A DNA stretch of 64,000 nucleotides. Source: Octopus sinensis. Its lineage: Eukaryota. This document shows, piece by piece, positions 25,601 to 37,119 of this stretch (position 1 is the first letter of the stretch; each line of letters begins with the position of its first letter). Both the position numbers and the translations under genes were made by a program. The DNA is taken from positions 190,216,001-190,280,000 of the forward strand of contig NC_042998.1 in assembly GCF_006345805.1 (NCBI RefSeq). Reading direction: 5' to 3'. The notes below the pieces were generated by a model. The model saw only the letters and a list, made by a program, of their open reading frames with translations. It was not told the DNA's origin and did no database searches.

Positions 25601-25839
25601 TAGTACCATGGCTGTGGTGCAGTAGTATGTGAAGATTTGTCAATCACATGACTTCTTTGACTTTTAATGTTGTCTAGAATGTTCATGTATATAGCAATTG
25701 TCTGTCCCAGGAATGTGAACAATATCGTAGTGTGAAGTGGAATGTGTGTGCTTTGTAAGTCAGTTACTTTACAGAGGTGATAAATTTTTTATGTTCTAAA
25801 CCTTTTCCATATCAACCTACCTGAGACCAGGTTCTAGAA

Positions 25840-26319
25840 CAAGGGTCACCAAACTTTTTCAACCATCGACTCCCTTTAACCACTTCTCCTTCCATATCGA
25901 CCCCCCTTTAGCCACCTCACCTTCTGCATCGACCACCTGCCTCATTTAAAATATCTTAATACCCTACCCTACCGTACCATATCTTAAATGCATACTGGGT
26001 ACTGATGCTGGCAATTAAAACATTAGCTAAAATATAAATGTGCGAGAAATTAAGAAATTCTATTGAAGATGACACACATTTTACATTTAAAACTACGTGT
26101 ATACAGTATTAAACTTTCAGTTTTTATGAAGTTGTTTCCATGGTTAGAAAATGTGGAAAACACATCATATTGCTGGAATATCTTTTATTGAAACTGACAA
26201 CATAAATATGAGGGATGGGCATGGGTGAGCTGGTCTTTCGCACGCCAACCCCCATTCGACCCCTTGACTATCATTGAACTCCTGTAATTCCTCTCAGACC
26301 CCCTTTGGCAACCCCACTG
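25840..26319. mobile_element. Non-autonomous hAT (Charlie-like) element
   Basis: 8-bp TSD TTCTAGAA at 25832-25839 and 26320-26327 (NTCTAGAN is the Charlie target). Imperfect TIRs CAAGGGTCACCAAA / TTTGGCAACCCCACTG. Confidence 0.8.
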
Positions 26320-26616
26320 TTCTAGAACATAAACTATCTATTTAAAAATGTTTGTGTCATGATTTTATGTAGGAAGAGTCTATTTGCAGACATTAGCTTA
26401 ATAATGTAAATGATATTTATTAAACTGCTCCAAGTTCTTGATTCTTTACTGAGATAATTGAAATACATTCACTGTGCATTTCATTAGAAATATTGTCATG
26501 CTAACATACAGTTTTGACTCAGCAACTGTGTGGTCTAACAGTCATAACTACTTAATTCTAAATTATTTATTGAGCACTACCACCAAAAAATATCTCATTT
26601 AAACAAATTAGGATGC

Positions 26617-26656
<40 letters not shown>

Positions 26657-27098
26657 TAAACACCAGAACATAATGGATATTATATATTTTTTTAATGTCT
26701 ATACCCCACTAAAAACAAAAATAAATGGCACTAGTAGATAGGTTGTTCATGATAAGAGATGAGTGTGGAGAACATAACCATGTCTGGAGACACACCAGAG
26801 CTAACAAATTACATCAGAGAGATACAGGAAGATACAGAAAGAGCAAACTGATAGGAAACCTCAAATTCAAGAAATGGGTGAAACCATAAACAGAGATTCA
26901 GGTACCAAATGTAGGTGAAGATTTTGCAGATGGATAACTTTTTCAAAATTCCCAAAGATAAACTTAAAAGTAGAAGCTGTAATTTTTCTTTTCCTTCATT
27001 ATCCTATCATTCAACATTTGAAAAATTGTTTCTCTATTTGATTTGATATTAAATAATAATATATAAAAATATTAGGTTTTTTTTTAATTAATGTTTTA

Positions 27099-27283
27099 CA
27101 TCATCATCATCGTTTAACGTCTGTTTTCCGCACTAGCACGGGTTGGACGGTTCGACCGGGGTCTGGGGAGCCAGGGGCTGCTCCAGGCTCCAGTCTGATC
27201 TGGCAGTGTTTCTACAGCTGGATGCCCTTCCTAACGCCAACCACTCCACGAGTGTAGTGGGTGCTTTTTACGTGCCACCTGCA
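27099..27283 (-). mobile_element. SINE-like family D, 5' truncated
   Basis: Tail on the left; same core. Confidence 0.75.
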
Positions 27284-28559
27284 CTTTAATACAATTTTAA
27301 AAAGGTATAGGCATTGTTTCAGTTTAACTTGCAAATAATTTGTATAGATTTAATCCCTAAAGTGAAGAAAGTAAAGGAACTCAAAATAAAAGAAAATAGT
27401 CAACTAAGTTGAATTTAACAATTAAACTTCAACATATTTTTCTAGATAACTAAAATATTTTACAATATAGTCCATGTATATACAAAATACTGAAAACTGA
27501 AATATAAAAAAAAAAATCAATTTTACATTCAATAAAGAAAAATCTTTTCCTGATGTTCTGTAAATGTCTAATGTCCACTTTCTCATGCATCCATGGGTCA
27601 GATTGAGTTTATTGAGGCAGATTTTCTGTGGCTGGATGCCCTCCTTGTCACAATCTCTCCCCTGTTTCCAAGCAAGATAATATTTCCTTATTACTAAACC
27701 TGCTTACGTAGAATACTGGAAATGAGTGACACTGCTTGTATGACAGGGATACTCATCTACAACTATCACATGATGTGAAGAGAAGGAAACACAGTTTCTC
27801 TCTCTCTCTCTCTCATTCACACACACAATTTGCAGTTACAGCAATGCAATAATGATTCATCATCATCATCTCATGTCCATTATTAAAACACTATGACAAA
27901 CATATTACATTTCTGTTGACTCAAAAAATATATATAAAAGATTGCAATACTAAAGAACTCACAGCATACAACCCTAAAGTGTGTGTGTTACTATTTCCTT
28001 GCTTTGATGGTTGTGGACAAGTGTCACTGTAATGCAGGCAGTGTCCATTCCCAATATTCAGTGAAAATATGTGAAGGTTGGTGACAGAAAGAGCATCTGC
28101 CACAGAAAATCTAACTCAACATATTCTGTCCAACCCATGCAAGCATGGAAAAGTGGACATTAAAATGATGGTGATGATGTGTGGGTGAGAGAGAGAGAGA
28201 TTACAGGTTTACTTTCTACCTCTTTCGTATTTTTCAAAAAATAGAGCTCCGTATTTTATTGGACTGTGCCAATCCTTAATACTAGCATACAGCAACCGAT
28301 ATTTTGAATATAATGGAGATATGCGGCTCTTAAAACAAAGTGACCAGTCAAGGTTACAAATTATAGAAAGGAATTTATTAATGGTTCAATGACATTCAGA
28401 GCCATTTGAACAGACTCGCATTCTCATTTTGGTAGCTAAACTCTTCTCCACTCCCTTGAGTTGGAATGTGTGAGCAAGATATGGACTCTGCAAGCCACAT
28501 CTTGAGTTAACTAGCAGGATAGTAACTCCAAATATGAACTGATGCAGAGTGAGTGGGGG

Positions 28560-28890
28560 GGGATGGGTTCTAATGTTGCTCCTCTCTTTTTCTGAGTGAA
28601 GAACGGATTGTATAATGCTTCAGTACTAAATGCAATATTGCATGGTAGCAAGACATGCTCTGCTGGATGTATAATATCATCATACATGTATGAACAGTGG
28701 AACATAGATAAGCTGATAGTTAAAATAGGTATCGGAGTATTTTGCTGTAGCATATAAGAAAGAAATGCCAAGCAATTCAAAGAGGAGCCTGCAGGAGAAG
28801 AAAACCATGGAAGGCATGGGAAAAGTTGAGAAGGTAATCTCAAGATGCTGTACTAGAGAAAACTCATCCAACACATGCCAACATGTAACA
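28560..28890 (+). mobile_element. Highly decayed RTE-like 3' remnant
   Basis: LYNASVLNAILHGSK resembles LYxxxVxxxxLHGSETW; KTHPTH-like end. Confidence 0.45.
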
Positions 28891-30282
28891 GCAGACATCT
28901 GATAGTCATCACGATGATAAATTAATGGCTTTCTTATATCATTTCTGAAGAAATTATTAGATGGTTTTAAAACAGAGCAGGTTTTTCTACCACCTTTACT
29001 TTTTGTTTAAAAAAATATTCCAGTAACGGAAAATAATAACCTTTTCCCAAATTCAGATCTTACTTTTCAGAATTATAGAAGTTAATAAAAAAAATTATAA
29101 TTACTAAGAAAAAGAAGTTATTACGGAAATAATTTTTTAAATTCAGATTTTCACTAAAATTTACATAAAAATAAGTACTTTTTACAATTCTTGATATGGT
29201 CTTTGTTCAAGGCAATTATCACTATATAACTCTGATCAAATGATCTTATAGTGAAGATAGTGAGGAAATGTCACTCTATGCATACAGTCCATATCAGTAA
29301 GTAGTGACAATGCCATGTATAAAGACTAAACTACAAGCAAGTTAACAAGGGAGCTTCTACATGGTCATTCAACTTACTGAAATAGCAGCCAAATTTCTCT
29401 CAAAACTTAGCTATTGTTAGAAAAAACACACTGAATCATGTGGTCTTAAGCATACAGTGCCTAAGGAATAAGACATGATGGTCACAACTGGAATGCCTTT
29501 GGCTAAACAACCACTGTAAACAGAAGTGAACCAAATATTCCATTCATACACTGATGTTGATATATCATCATCATCATTGTTTAACATCCGCTGCTTGATT
29601 CTTGAGACTGACACGTATTTTCTAACCTATAGCTATATAAATATTTCCATGTGCGGTGAAGAATAACAAAAAGGCATAACACATTGGTTTATATACGGAA
29701 TTATTTTGAACTGTTAATCTTGTTGTTGGCCCTGATTGGGCAGACTTAGTTAGTCCAACTGTAACCTACCTTATTTTGCACATTTAAGTCTATATTATTT
29801 AATGTGTCAGTTCTTTTTCTAAGACAATAGGGTCTGATTTGAGGAAGATTTGGTTGCTGTTTCTAGCAGGCCAAAAAGGCATGTAGAGGCTACACCTTTA
29901 TCAATGATGCTAAATGGTACTATGAAAGGTTACCTTTAATATTCTTTTTATGTGTTAGTATTACAGAAGTACTCTCTCACTGGTTTGAAAACGTGCTTCA
30001 ATAAAATTACACATGGCAACAAGAACTTACAAATCCAGTGTGGAATTTCCTAATGAACTCAGGTGTGGAATTTAATTAAGATTGGTGACTCCATCTGGTT
30101 TGCATTGCTGCATTACTTTGTCTATATTTCTGAAGAGCACCCTCTGCAGCATTATGACACAAGATTCATAATGCTTCACCAGTGGTCATTACCAATTAGT
30201 AGGCAGCAAAGGCCCAACACAAAATATTAGCTGTATCATGTTGATTTTCTTCCATTCAAGATTATGATAGTTATGATATGAG

Positions 30283-30536
30283 GCCGGTGGCACGTAAAAA
30301 GCACCATCCGATCGTGACCGTTGCCAGCCCTGTCTGGCACCTGTGCCGGTGGCATGTAAAAAGCACCCACTACACTCACGGAGTGGTTGGTGTTAGGAAG
30401 GGCATCCAGCTTTAGAAACACTGCCAGATCAGACTGGGCCTGATGCAGCCTTCTGGTTTCCCAGACCCCAGTTGAACCGTCCAACCCATGCTAGCATGGA
30501 AAGCAGACATTAAACAATGATGATGATGATGATGAT
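30283..30536 (+). mobile_element. SINE-like family D
   Basis: Same core and tail. Confidence 0.75.
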
Positions 30537-30868
30537 GAGAGTCTATTTGAACTGATACAGTATTTATTAATAAATGCATTGTACTCATACTTCCAGTAAA
30601 ACAAAATTATGTTTGTATTAAGTAACTGATAAATAGATAACATTTTCTTGTATGATTCTAGTATAGACTGGCTAGAACCTTCAGTTTTATCATTTGTCTT
30701 TGTCTGTGTATGTGTGAATAATGCTCAAAAACAAAATGAAAAAAATCATTCTTTCTTTTTAGTCCAGTGGGGTAAAATAGTTTAAAAATTGAAAAAAATA
30801 TTCTCTCAGTTCTTGGAAAACATTTAATTTGAAAAAAATTGCTAATAAGACAAAAGTAAAATTCTTAC

Positions 30869-30871
30869 AAA
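30869..30871 (-). CDS. Candidate 3-nt microexon (TTT) of dynamin
   Basis: A ~70-nt pyrimidine tract ending ttttttttctccccag|TTT|gtaaga; frame-preserving. Prediction only. Confidence 0.35.
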
Positions 30872-33800
30872 CTGGGGAGAAAAAAAAAAAAAAGAGAAAG
30901 AATAAGAAGCAGGGTTGGTGAGAATAACAAAGGATAGAGGAAGTGAACATTTTTGAATCCAATTAATAAATCTGTTAAAATTTGATCCTATACATCAGTG
31001 ATGTATTAGACTTCTTCGAAGCAGTGGCATATGCTTGTATTTGAAGAATTATAACTCAAGGGAGATAATAATAGGAACAAAACCAACAGAACTTGCTAGT
31101 GCAAATTTTGCATCTTTCATAGCAAAACTTTCTGAAATGATCTTGAAGAAAATATTTTTTTCTCTTTTACCTTTCTTGTTCATAAAAGACAAATCAAGAT
31201 TAAAAATAGTTCAGGTTTGCAGCAACAGAAGGAATATTTGAAAACATCTATGTGTGCCTGTATTTTTGTATATATACACACACACTTTCATTTTGGTAAA
31301 CAACTTAAAGACCAGAAATGGTCAAATCAACTACCTATACACCAAAAGATGTAGTTTTTCTTTACTCACAATAAATGCCACTATCTTCCTAAAATGCACA
31401 TTTATAACTGTATCAAAGATTTTTTACCTGTTTTTAATATTTCAGAATTGGAAATAAAATGATTGGGTTTTTTTTTTTTGGGGGGGGGGGGGTAGTACAG
31501 TAAAAAATGAAAACTGTAAATTTGAAAAACTTAACAGAAAATTATTAGAAATATTTAGTCATATTTTTAAAACACACACACACAGTTTGGCTATTTCTTA
31601 TCTACTGTAATTGATCTCATTTAGAAATAAAAGACAAAATAAAACAGGAGAGAGAGAAGCAATTTAACCCAGCCCAAAAGAGAGCAAAATTAATTTTATA
31701 TTTAACAAGGTTATAGGATATGAAACATCCACAAGGCCAAAAAAATGAAGCTATTATAACAGAGCCTACTAGCATTCAGCATTAGGAAAAACTATACTAT
31801 AGTTTATAAGATTGATTCATAAGTTTTGTATATCCATCACATATCGAGTTTAATACAAGACATGCTTTTAATAACTAATTTTTAGATGAAGAATCAGAAT
31901 TGATTTATCTATTCTTCATTATTTAGAGCACGTGGGAAGCTGTTTTTTTTGGTGATGATTGTATTAAGTAAAGTGAAATCTTATTAAGTTAGAAGTGAAG
32001 TTCTGTATAAGAGGATTATTTCAAATAATGGGACTTGTATTAATTCAGATAATTGCTCCATTCCCCGTTATAATCAGGGGTTAGAGTAAAAAGCCTGTCT
32101 ACACAGTATTTGTGACTACTCCACTCAAAATTCAGTTGTAAAAAGCGCTTGCCCAAGATGTAAGAGGTAACCGTGAACTGTTTGAGATTGAGAAGATTGT
32201 AAATAGTGGGGAAAATAGATAGGGCACTAAAGAAAGTGCTCAGTTTCCAGGCGAATGGTAACTGTCCCCAAGATATTCAAGGAAACGCGAGAATCAGCAT
32301 CAAAACTGAAAACATTTTAACATCAATTTCAATTGAAAGTAACCGTTTTGGCTGATATAATGAAGTAAACAAAAAAGTTCATAGCACACATCCTTGTTTA
32401 AATGGAACAGGCAGAAAACTAGGGAAAGTAATAAGTTATAAATCAAACTTAATCCATTCTATTGAGAAACAAAGTTTCAGATAAATAACTTATCGGTACA
32501 ATTCCTATTTTCTATGAGACTAACTTTCATGTATACCATATTTTAGCAATGTCAAATCTGTTGAATTGAGAGAATACAAAATTTCATCTGAAAATACATA
32601 CTGTTCAGAATACCATTTGATTTTTAATTAACATTACTCGAATTTTGAGGTACAAAACAATGCAAAAAAAAAAAATAATGTAAATAAACCTTTGACATGA
32701 AATAAGTAGAGGTAAGAGTAGAAAACCAAGAAAGAAGAGGTAGAAGTGAGACGTAGATATAGAAAATACTGAGGAAAGCAAAAATATGTTTATGTAGCTA
32801 GAGTTCAAATAAATAATAGGATTATGGAGGTAATTCTCCAGATTATACACAATGAAAACATTTACAGGGATGCATACAACATACTTATGCAGCTGATTAT
32901 GTATTTCTGCTGAAGTTTTAGAGATTTACTTAAGGACTATAATGCAGTTTACCAATCCAGGTCAGAAATCTTTGCAGCTTGTTGAAGAGACAAGCAGTAG
33001 TGATTCCTGATGTCTCCTTCACTTTGTTTTTGCTAAGTTACTCCAGATCTAACAATGTGTTGTTTGAAATTCAGTGGAGGAGACAGGGTTTAAAGGTATC
33101 TAACTTCTCTGAAAACAGCAAATTCCCAATGGTTCTTTGTAGGGAATTCTGTACACTGATATAACGCAAGTAGTTATGTGACAAGATTCAAAGAGGAACT
33201 CAAAATTAACCCCAATCATGGCTACAGTTCAGGGTTCGAACGAACGTACATATGTATGTATGTATGGATATATGTATATGAGACGGGGGGGGGGGGTGCT
33301 AGACAGACAGACAGAGAACATGCATAAAATTTGGTGTTTGATTTAGATCAATGACATCAAACTTAGAATTAAAGAATTAAATGGGTTCATTTCTAATTTA
33401 CACAACATTATTCAGATACCAATTAAACTAAATGAATTTTTAGATTAAAACTGATATTTAATTAGAGAAATTTAATTGAAGCATGTGTATACCATTTGAT
33501 TACCATATTCTAGTTATTGTGTCATATGTTCATAAAGATAATACTTTTCAGATAACTGTATTCAAAGACTAAGCCTTTTATTAACTAAAATAGGAATTCA
33601 ATTCATTAATCATTATAAAAATTTATATTACCACTGAAATTAAAGAAAAAATAATATCATTTCTACATGAAAGTAGTATAGAAATATAAATCATAATTTA
33701 TTTACAAAATTAGGAGAGAGTAAAAGAAGAGAAAGCAAATAAAGCGAAGAAAAATGTCAAGATAAAATTTTTGTCAATCTCCCACAAAGATATTTAGTTA

Positions 33801-34502
33801 TACAGAATTCAAAATTTAGATTTCAAGTTTGAAGAAAAGGGTGGGAAAATGGATTATGTAAAGCACTGAAAATAGTGAATAAGCTGAGAGTTCTTCTGGA
33901 ATGAAATAGAAAACAATATTTTGAAGCAGTAACCAAAAAGCAGTTTCAAAGTAGAAAAATATTCTTTGAATTGAGCCACACAAGGTATCGTCAAAATAAC
34001 CACCAGAAAAGGGAATTCAGGAAAATTTAGGAAATTTAGGAAAATATTTTGGTGGGTAGAATTAATTTGGTAGTATAAGGAATGCTAGCATAAAAATTTT
34101 TTTTTTTTTTTAAATACAAATTAGCAGACGAGTTGTTGTATAAATGTGTTTAGGTTTTTATAAGTGATTAGTATGGTTAATAAAAACAGAAAATGCACAC
34201 AAATATTAATTAATTAATTTTAAAACATTGTTTTAAAATAAGTAACTCAAATTTTCAAAAAAAAGTAATCAACAACTAATTTTTATGTTATTGGTCTTTC
34301 AAAGGTTTCGAATTTTAATATTTTTATATAATTATGGATTTTAATTGGTGAGTTAAACAACTCTAAACATTCATTCGTTAACTTTGAAATTTAGTAACCA
34401 GCTAAATTATGAAGAAGTAGGAAGGTAGCAGCGAGAGTAGTAGCAGAATAGTAGCAATAATTCAATAACTTGTCTCCTGCCAGCTTACGGCAAACCACAT
34501 AC

Positions 34503-34538
34503 CTGCTAACTTTCGTGTATCCATTTTTCACAGCTAAC
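34503..34538 (-). CDS. Candidate 36-nt cassette microexon of dynamin: (R)LAVKNGYTKVS(R)
   Basis: ttttcactcttacaaaatttcag|GTTAGC...TAGCAG|gtatgt. Symmetric phase 2, no stop, good acceptor and CAG|GTATGT donor. No transcript evidence available. Confidence 0.6.
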
Positions 34539-34782
34539 CTGAAATTTTGTAAGAGTGAAAAATTGCGTGTGAAGTATTGGCGTTCAGTAAATAAACTTTG
34601 TGATTGCAGTATAATAGTTTTGGTAGGCTTGAGTATTTCCATCAACAAAGCTATGTTGACTAATTACAGCACAACTCGTTTTAACAGCACTTTCAAGTTT
34701 ATTTTTCACAAAGTAAAATGTCCATGTTGGGAATAACCTGACTAAATAATCAAGTTTGTTTATAATGAATGTATTGATCACA

Positions 34783-35183
34783 CTCTTTACTCTTTTTACT
34801 CTTTTACTTGTTTCAGCCATTTGACTGCGGCCATGCTGGAGCACCGCCTTTAATCGAGCAACTCGACACTGGGACTTATTCTTTTGTAAGCCCAGTACTT
34901 ATTCTATCGGTCTCTTTTGCCAAACCGCTAAGTAATGGAAACATAAACACACTAGCATCGGTTGTCAAGCAATGCTAGGGACACACACACAAACACGCAT
35001 ATATATATATACATATATACGACGGGCTTCTTTCAGTTTCCGTCTACCAAATCCACTCACAAGGCTTTGGTCGGCCCGAGGCTATAGTAGAAGACACTTG
35101 CCCAAGGTGCCACACAGTGGGACTGAACCCGGAACCATGTGGTTGGTAAACAAGCTACTTACCACAGAGCCACTCCTGCGCCT
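34783..35183 (-). mobile_element. SINE family A, young copy
   Basis: Colinear with and highly similar to 2041-2440. Confidence 0.8.
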
Positions 35184-35439
35184 GCTCTGAATTTTTTTTT
35201 TTTTTATCCGTCTTTATCAAGACTATTTCTTGAGATTCAGATGAAGAAACTATTTTTCAGAGAGGATCAATTCCAGTGAATAATATGTAAAATAGGATTC
35301 ACTGTCATCCAATGAGGAGGCTTCTACACAGTTGCTTGACCTACATAAATTAGCTGCTGAATCTCCCTGGAATCTTTAACATTTAAAAACTATATAAAGG
35401 GAAAATTGGATAAAGTAGTTCTTGGTGTATTGTATTTAA

Positions 35440-35658
35440 CCCTTTAGCGTTCAGATTATTCCGTCAAACATAATGCTTATTGATTCCCATTGATTTGAAT
35501 TAATCATGCATAATCTCATATCTTCAAGATCTTGATGGTGTAATTACTTAATGTAGAATAACATTGTAGGGTAGGTGTGAGAGCCTGGATCTGGTCAGTT
35601 TGAACATAAAACAGATTAACTATTTTGGCCAGATATGGCCGGTTTAAATACTAAAGGG
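35440..35658. mobile_element. piggyBac-like MITE (219 bp)
   Basis: TTAA|CCCTTTAGCG ... TACTAAAGGG|TTAA; same family as 51541-51759 and 8897-9106. Confidence 0.8.
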
Positions 35659-36149
35659 TTAAAATTAAAAAATGGTGTAGACATGGCTGGAACACCTTTG
35701 ACATAGCTTTGCTAGATCGGGGCTGACAAGGGGTTCAGCAGTATTTTTACTGGGTTTATTTATTTATTTACTTATTTATTGTTTTAATAGTAAGAAAATT
35801 ATCTACATAAGAAATTAATAACACAACTTAGAAAAAAAAATTAACAAGATAACTTAGAAAGAAAAAAGAAAGTAAATGTTTATATACCAGAGTTGCTATT
35901 ATTTCCACCATTAGTACTAAAATGTTTTTAAGAGTTTTAGCAAAGGATGCACACCCGACGATTTATTGCTATTGATAAAGCAAATTAATCAATGCAAATG
36001 CAAAATCACATGCTGCTGGTGATACAAACATTGCAGAAACAATGTTAGGAGAGCTATATTATACAATTCTTCACAACATTATTATTGTTTCAATAATAAT
36101 AATAATCCCTCTCTCTCTTTCGGAGAGGCACAAGCACCTACACGCACAT

Positions 36150-36316
36150 GTACACACACGGCAGTAACTTCCGCCTGCCGAATTCAATCACAAAGCTTCG
36201 GTCGGCTCGGGGCTATAGCGGAAGACACCTGCCCAAAGTGCCACGCAGTGGGACTGAACCCGAAACCATGTAGCTAGGAAGCAAGCTCCCTAACCACACA
36301 GCCATGCCCGCGCCTA
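36150..36316 (-). mobile_element. SINE family A-like 5' part
   Basis: tRNA-like head GGTTTCGGGTTCAGTCCC on the minus strand. Confidence 0.65.
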
Positions 36317-36424
36317 CTAATAATAATAATAAAGCTAAGTTTATTGCTGAATATTTTAAATGTACATTTCAACTAATGTGTCTTTTAGGTGAAATGTCAA
36401 TGCTGTACTTTAATTAGTGGTTAA

Positions 36425-36619
36425 CCCTTTTCTTACAATATTTCTTTTGAAATACACTGCCTGTGTTTCAATTAATTTTGGAAATAATGAATTCAGTAAA
36501 ATAATTTTGTCATTAAGTTGGTGTTTGGGACATAAATCAAGATGAAATTTTTGAATGTTTTAACTGGGGTTACTTTAAAATACAGGAAATCCATCACAAA
36601 ACTAGGGGCAGTCTAAGGG
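36425..36619. mobile_element. Second piggyBac-like MITE family
   Basis: TTAA|CCCTT ... AAGGG|TTAA termini; different interior. Confidence 0.55.
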
Positions 36620-36730
36620 TTAAGCAGTAGTTGTGTCCTATAACAATAATAAAAAGTATCAAGTACACAATTTGAGATCTCTGTACTGTTAACTTAATAT
36701 TTCATGCTTCTGTGTTTTACTTTATTTTCC

Positions 36731-37119
36731 ACTAGCACTATGACCTGGTAATGCCGGGTCATAGTGCTAGTGCATGCATATACAGCTGCGTGTGTGCACA
36801 CATACACGCGAGTACTGTCCAAATCTCCGACCAATCACATACAGCTAGCTGGCATTTAATTGGCATATCAAGTTTCGGGCATTTTGATTGGGTTTTGGAT
36901 AGAAAATTCACAAAAAAAAGTCACTTCTATTGATTTTTTAATGGCTTTGCGGGGTGACTGGGGAAATGTAAAGATGTGCATGACGTAAAGATGTGCATGA
37001 CCACCCTTGGACGGTTTTCAATGACCATAGAAAGTGCGAGCCCTCTAACTGAAAAATTGTGGATTTGTATAAAGGACACACACACAGACATTTTGCTGTT
37101 CATATATATATATAGAGAT
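36731..37119 (+). mobile_element. Same Helitron/Helentron-like element, copy 2
   Basis: Colinear with 20690-21057, plus a small internal duplication (gtaaagatgtgcatgac x2). Confidence 0.6.

Noticed and set aside
33633-33650. Acceptor-like ttctttaatttcag identical to the terminal-exon acceptor
   Set aside because: No usable donor and an early stop (SGNINFYND*); a 14-nt AT-rich match is expected by chance.
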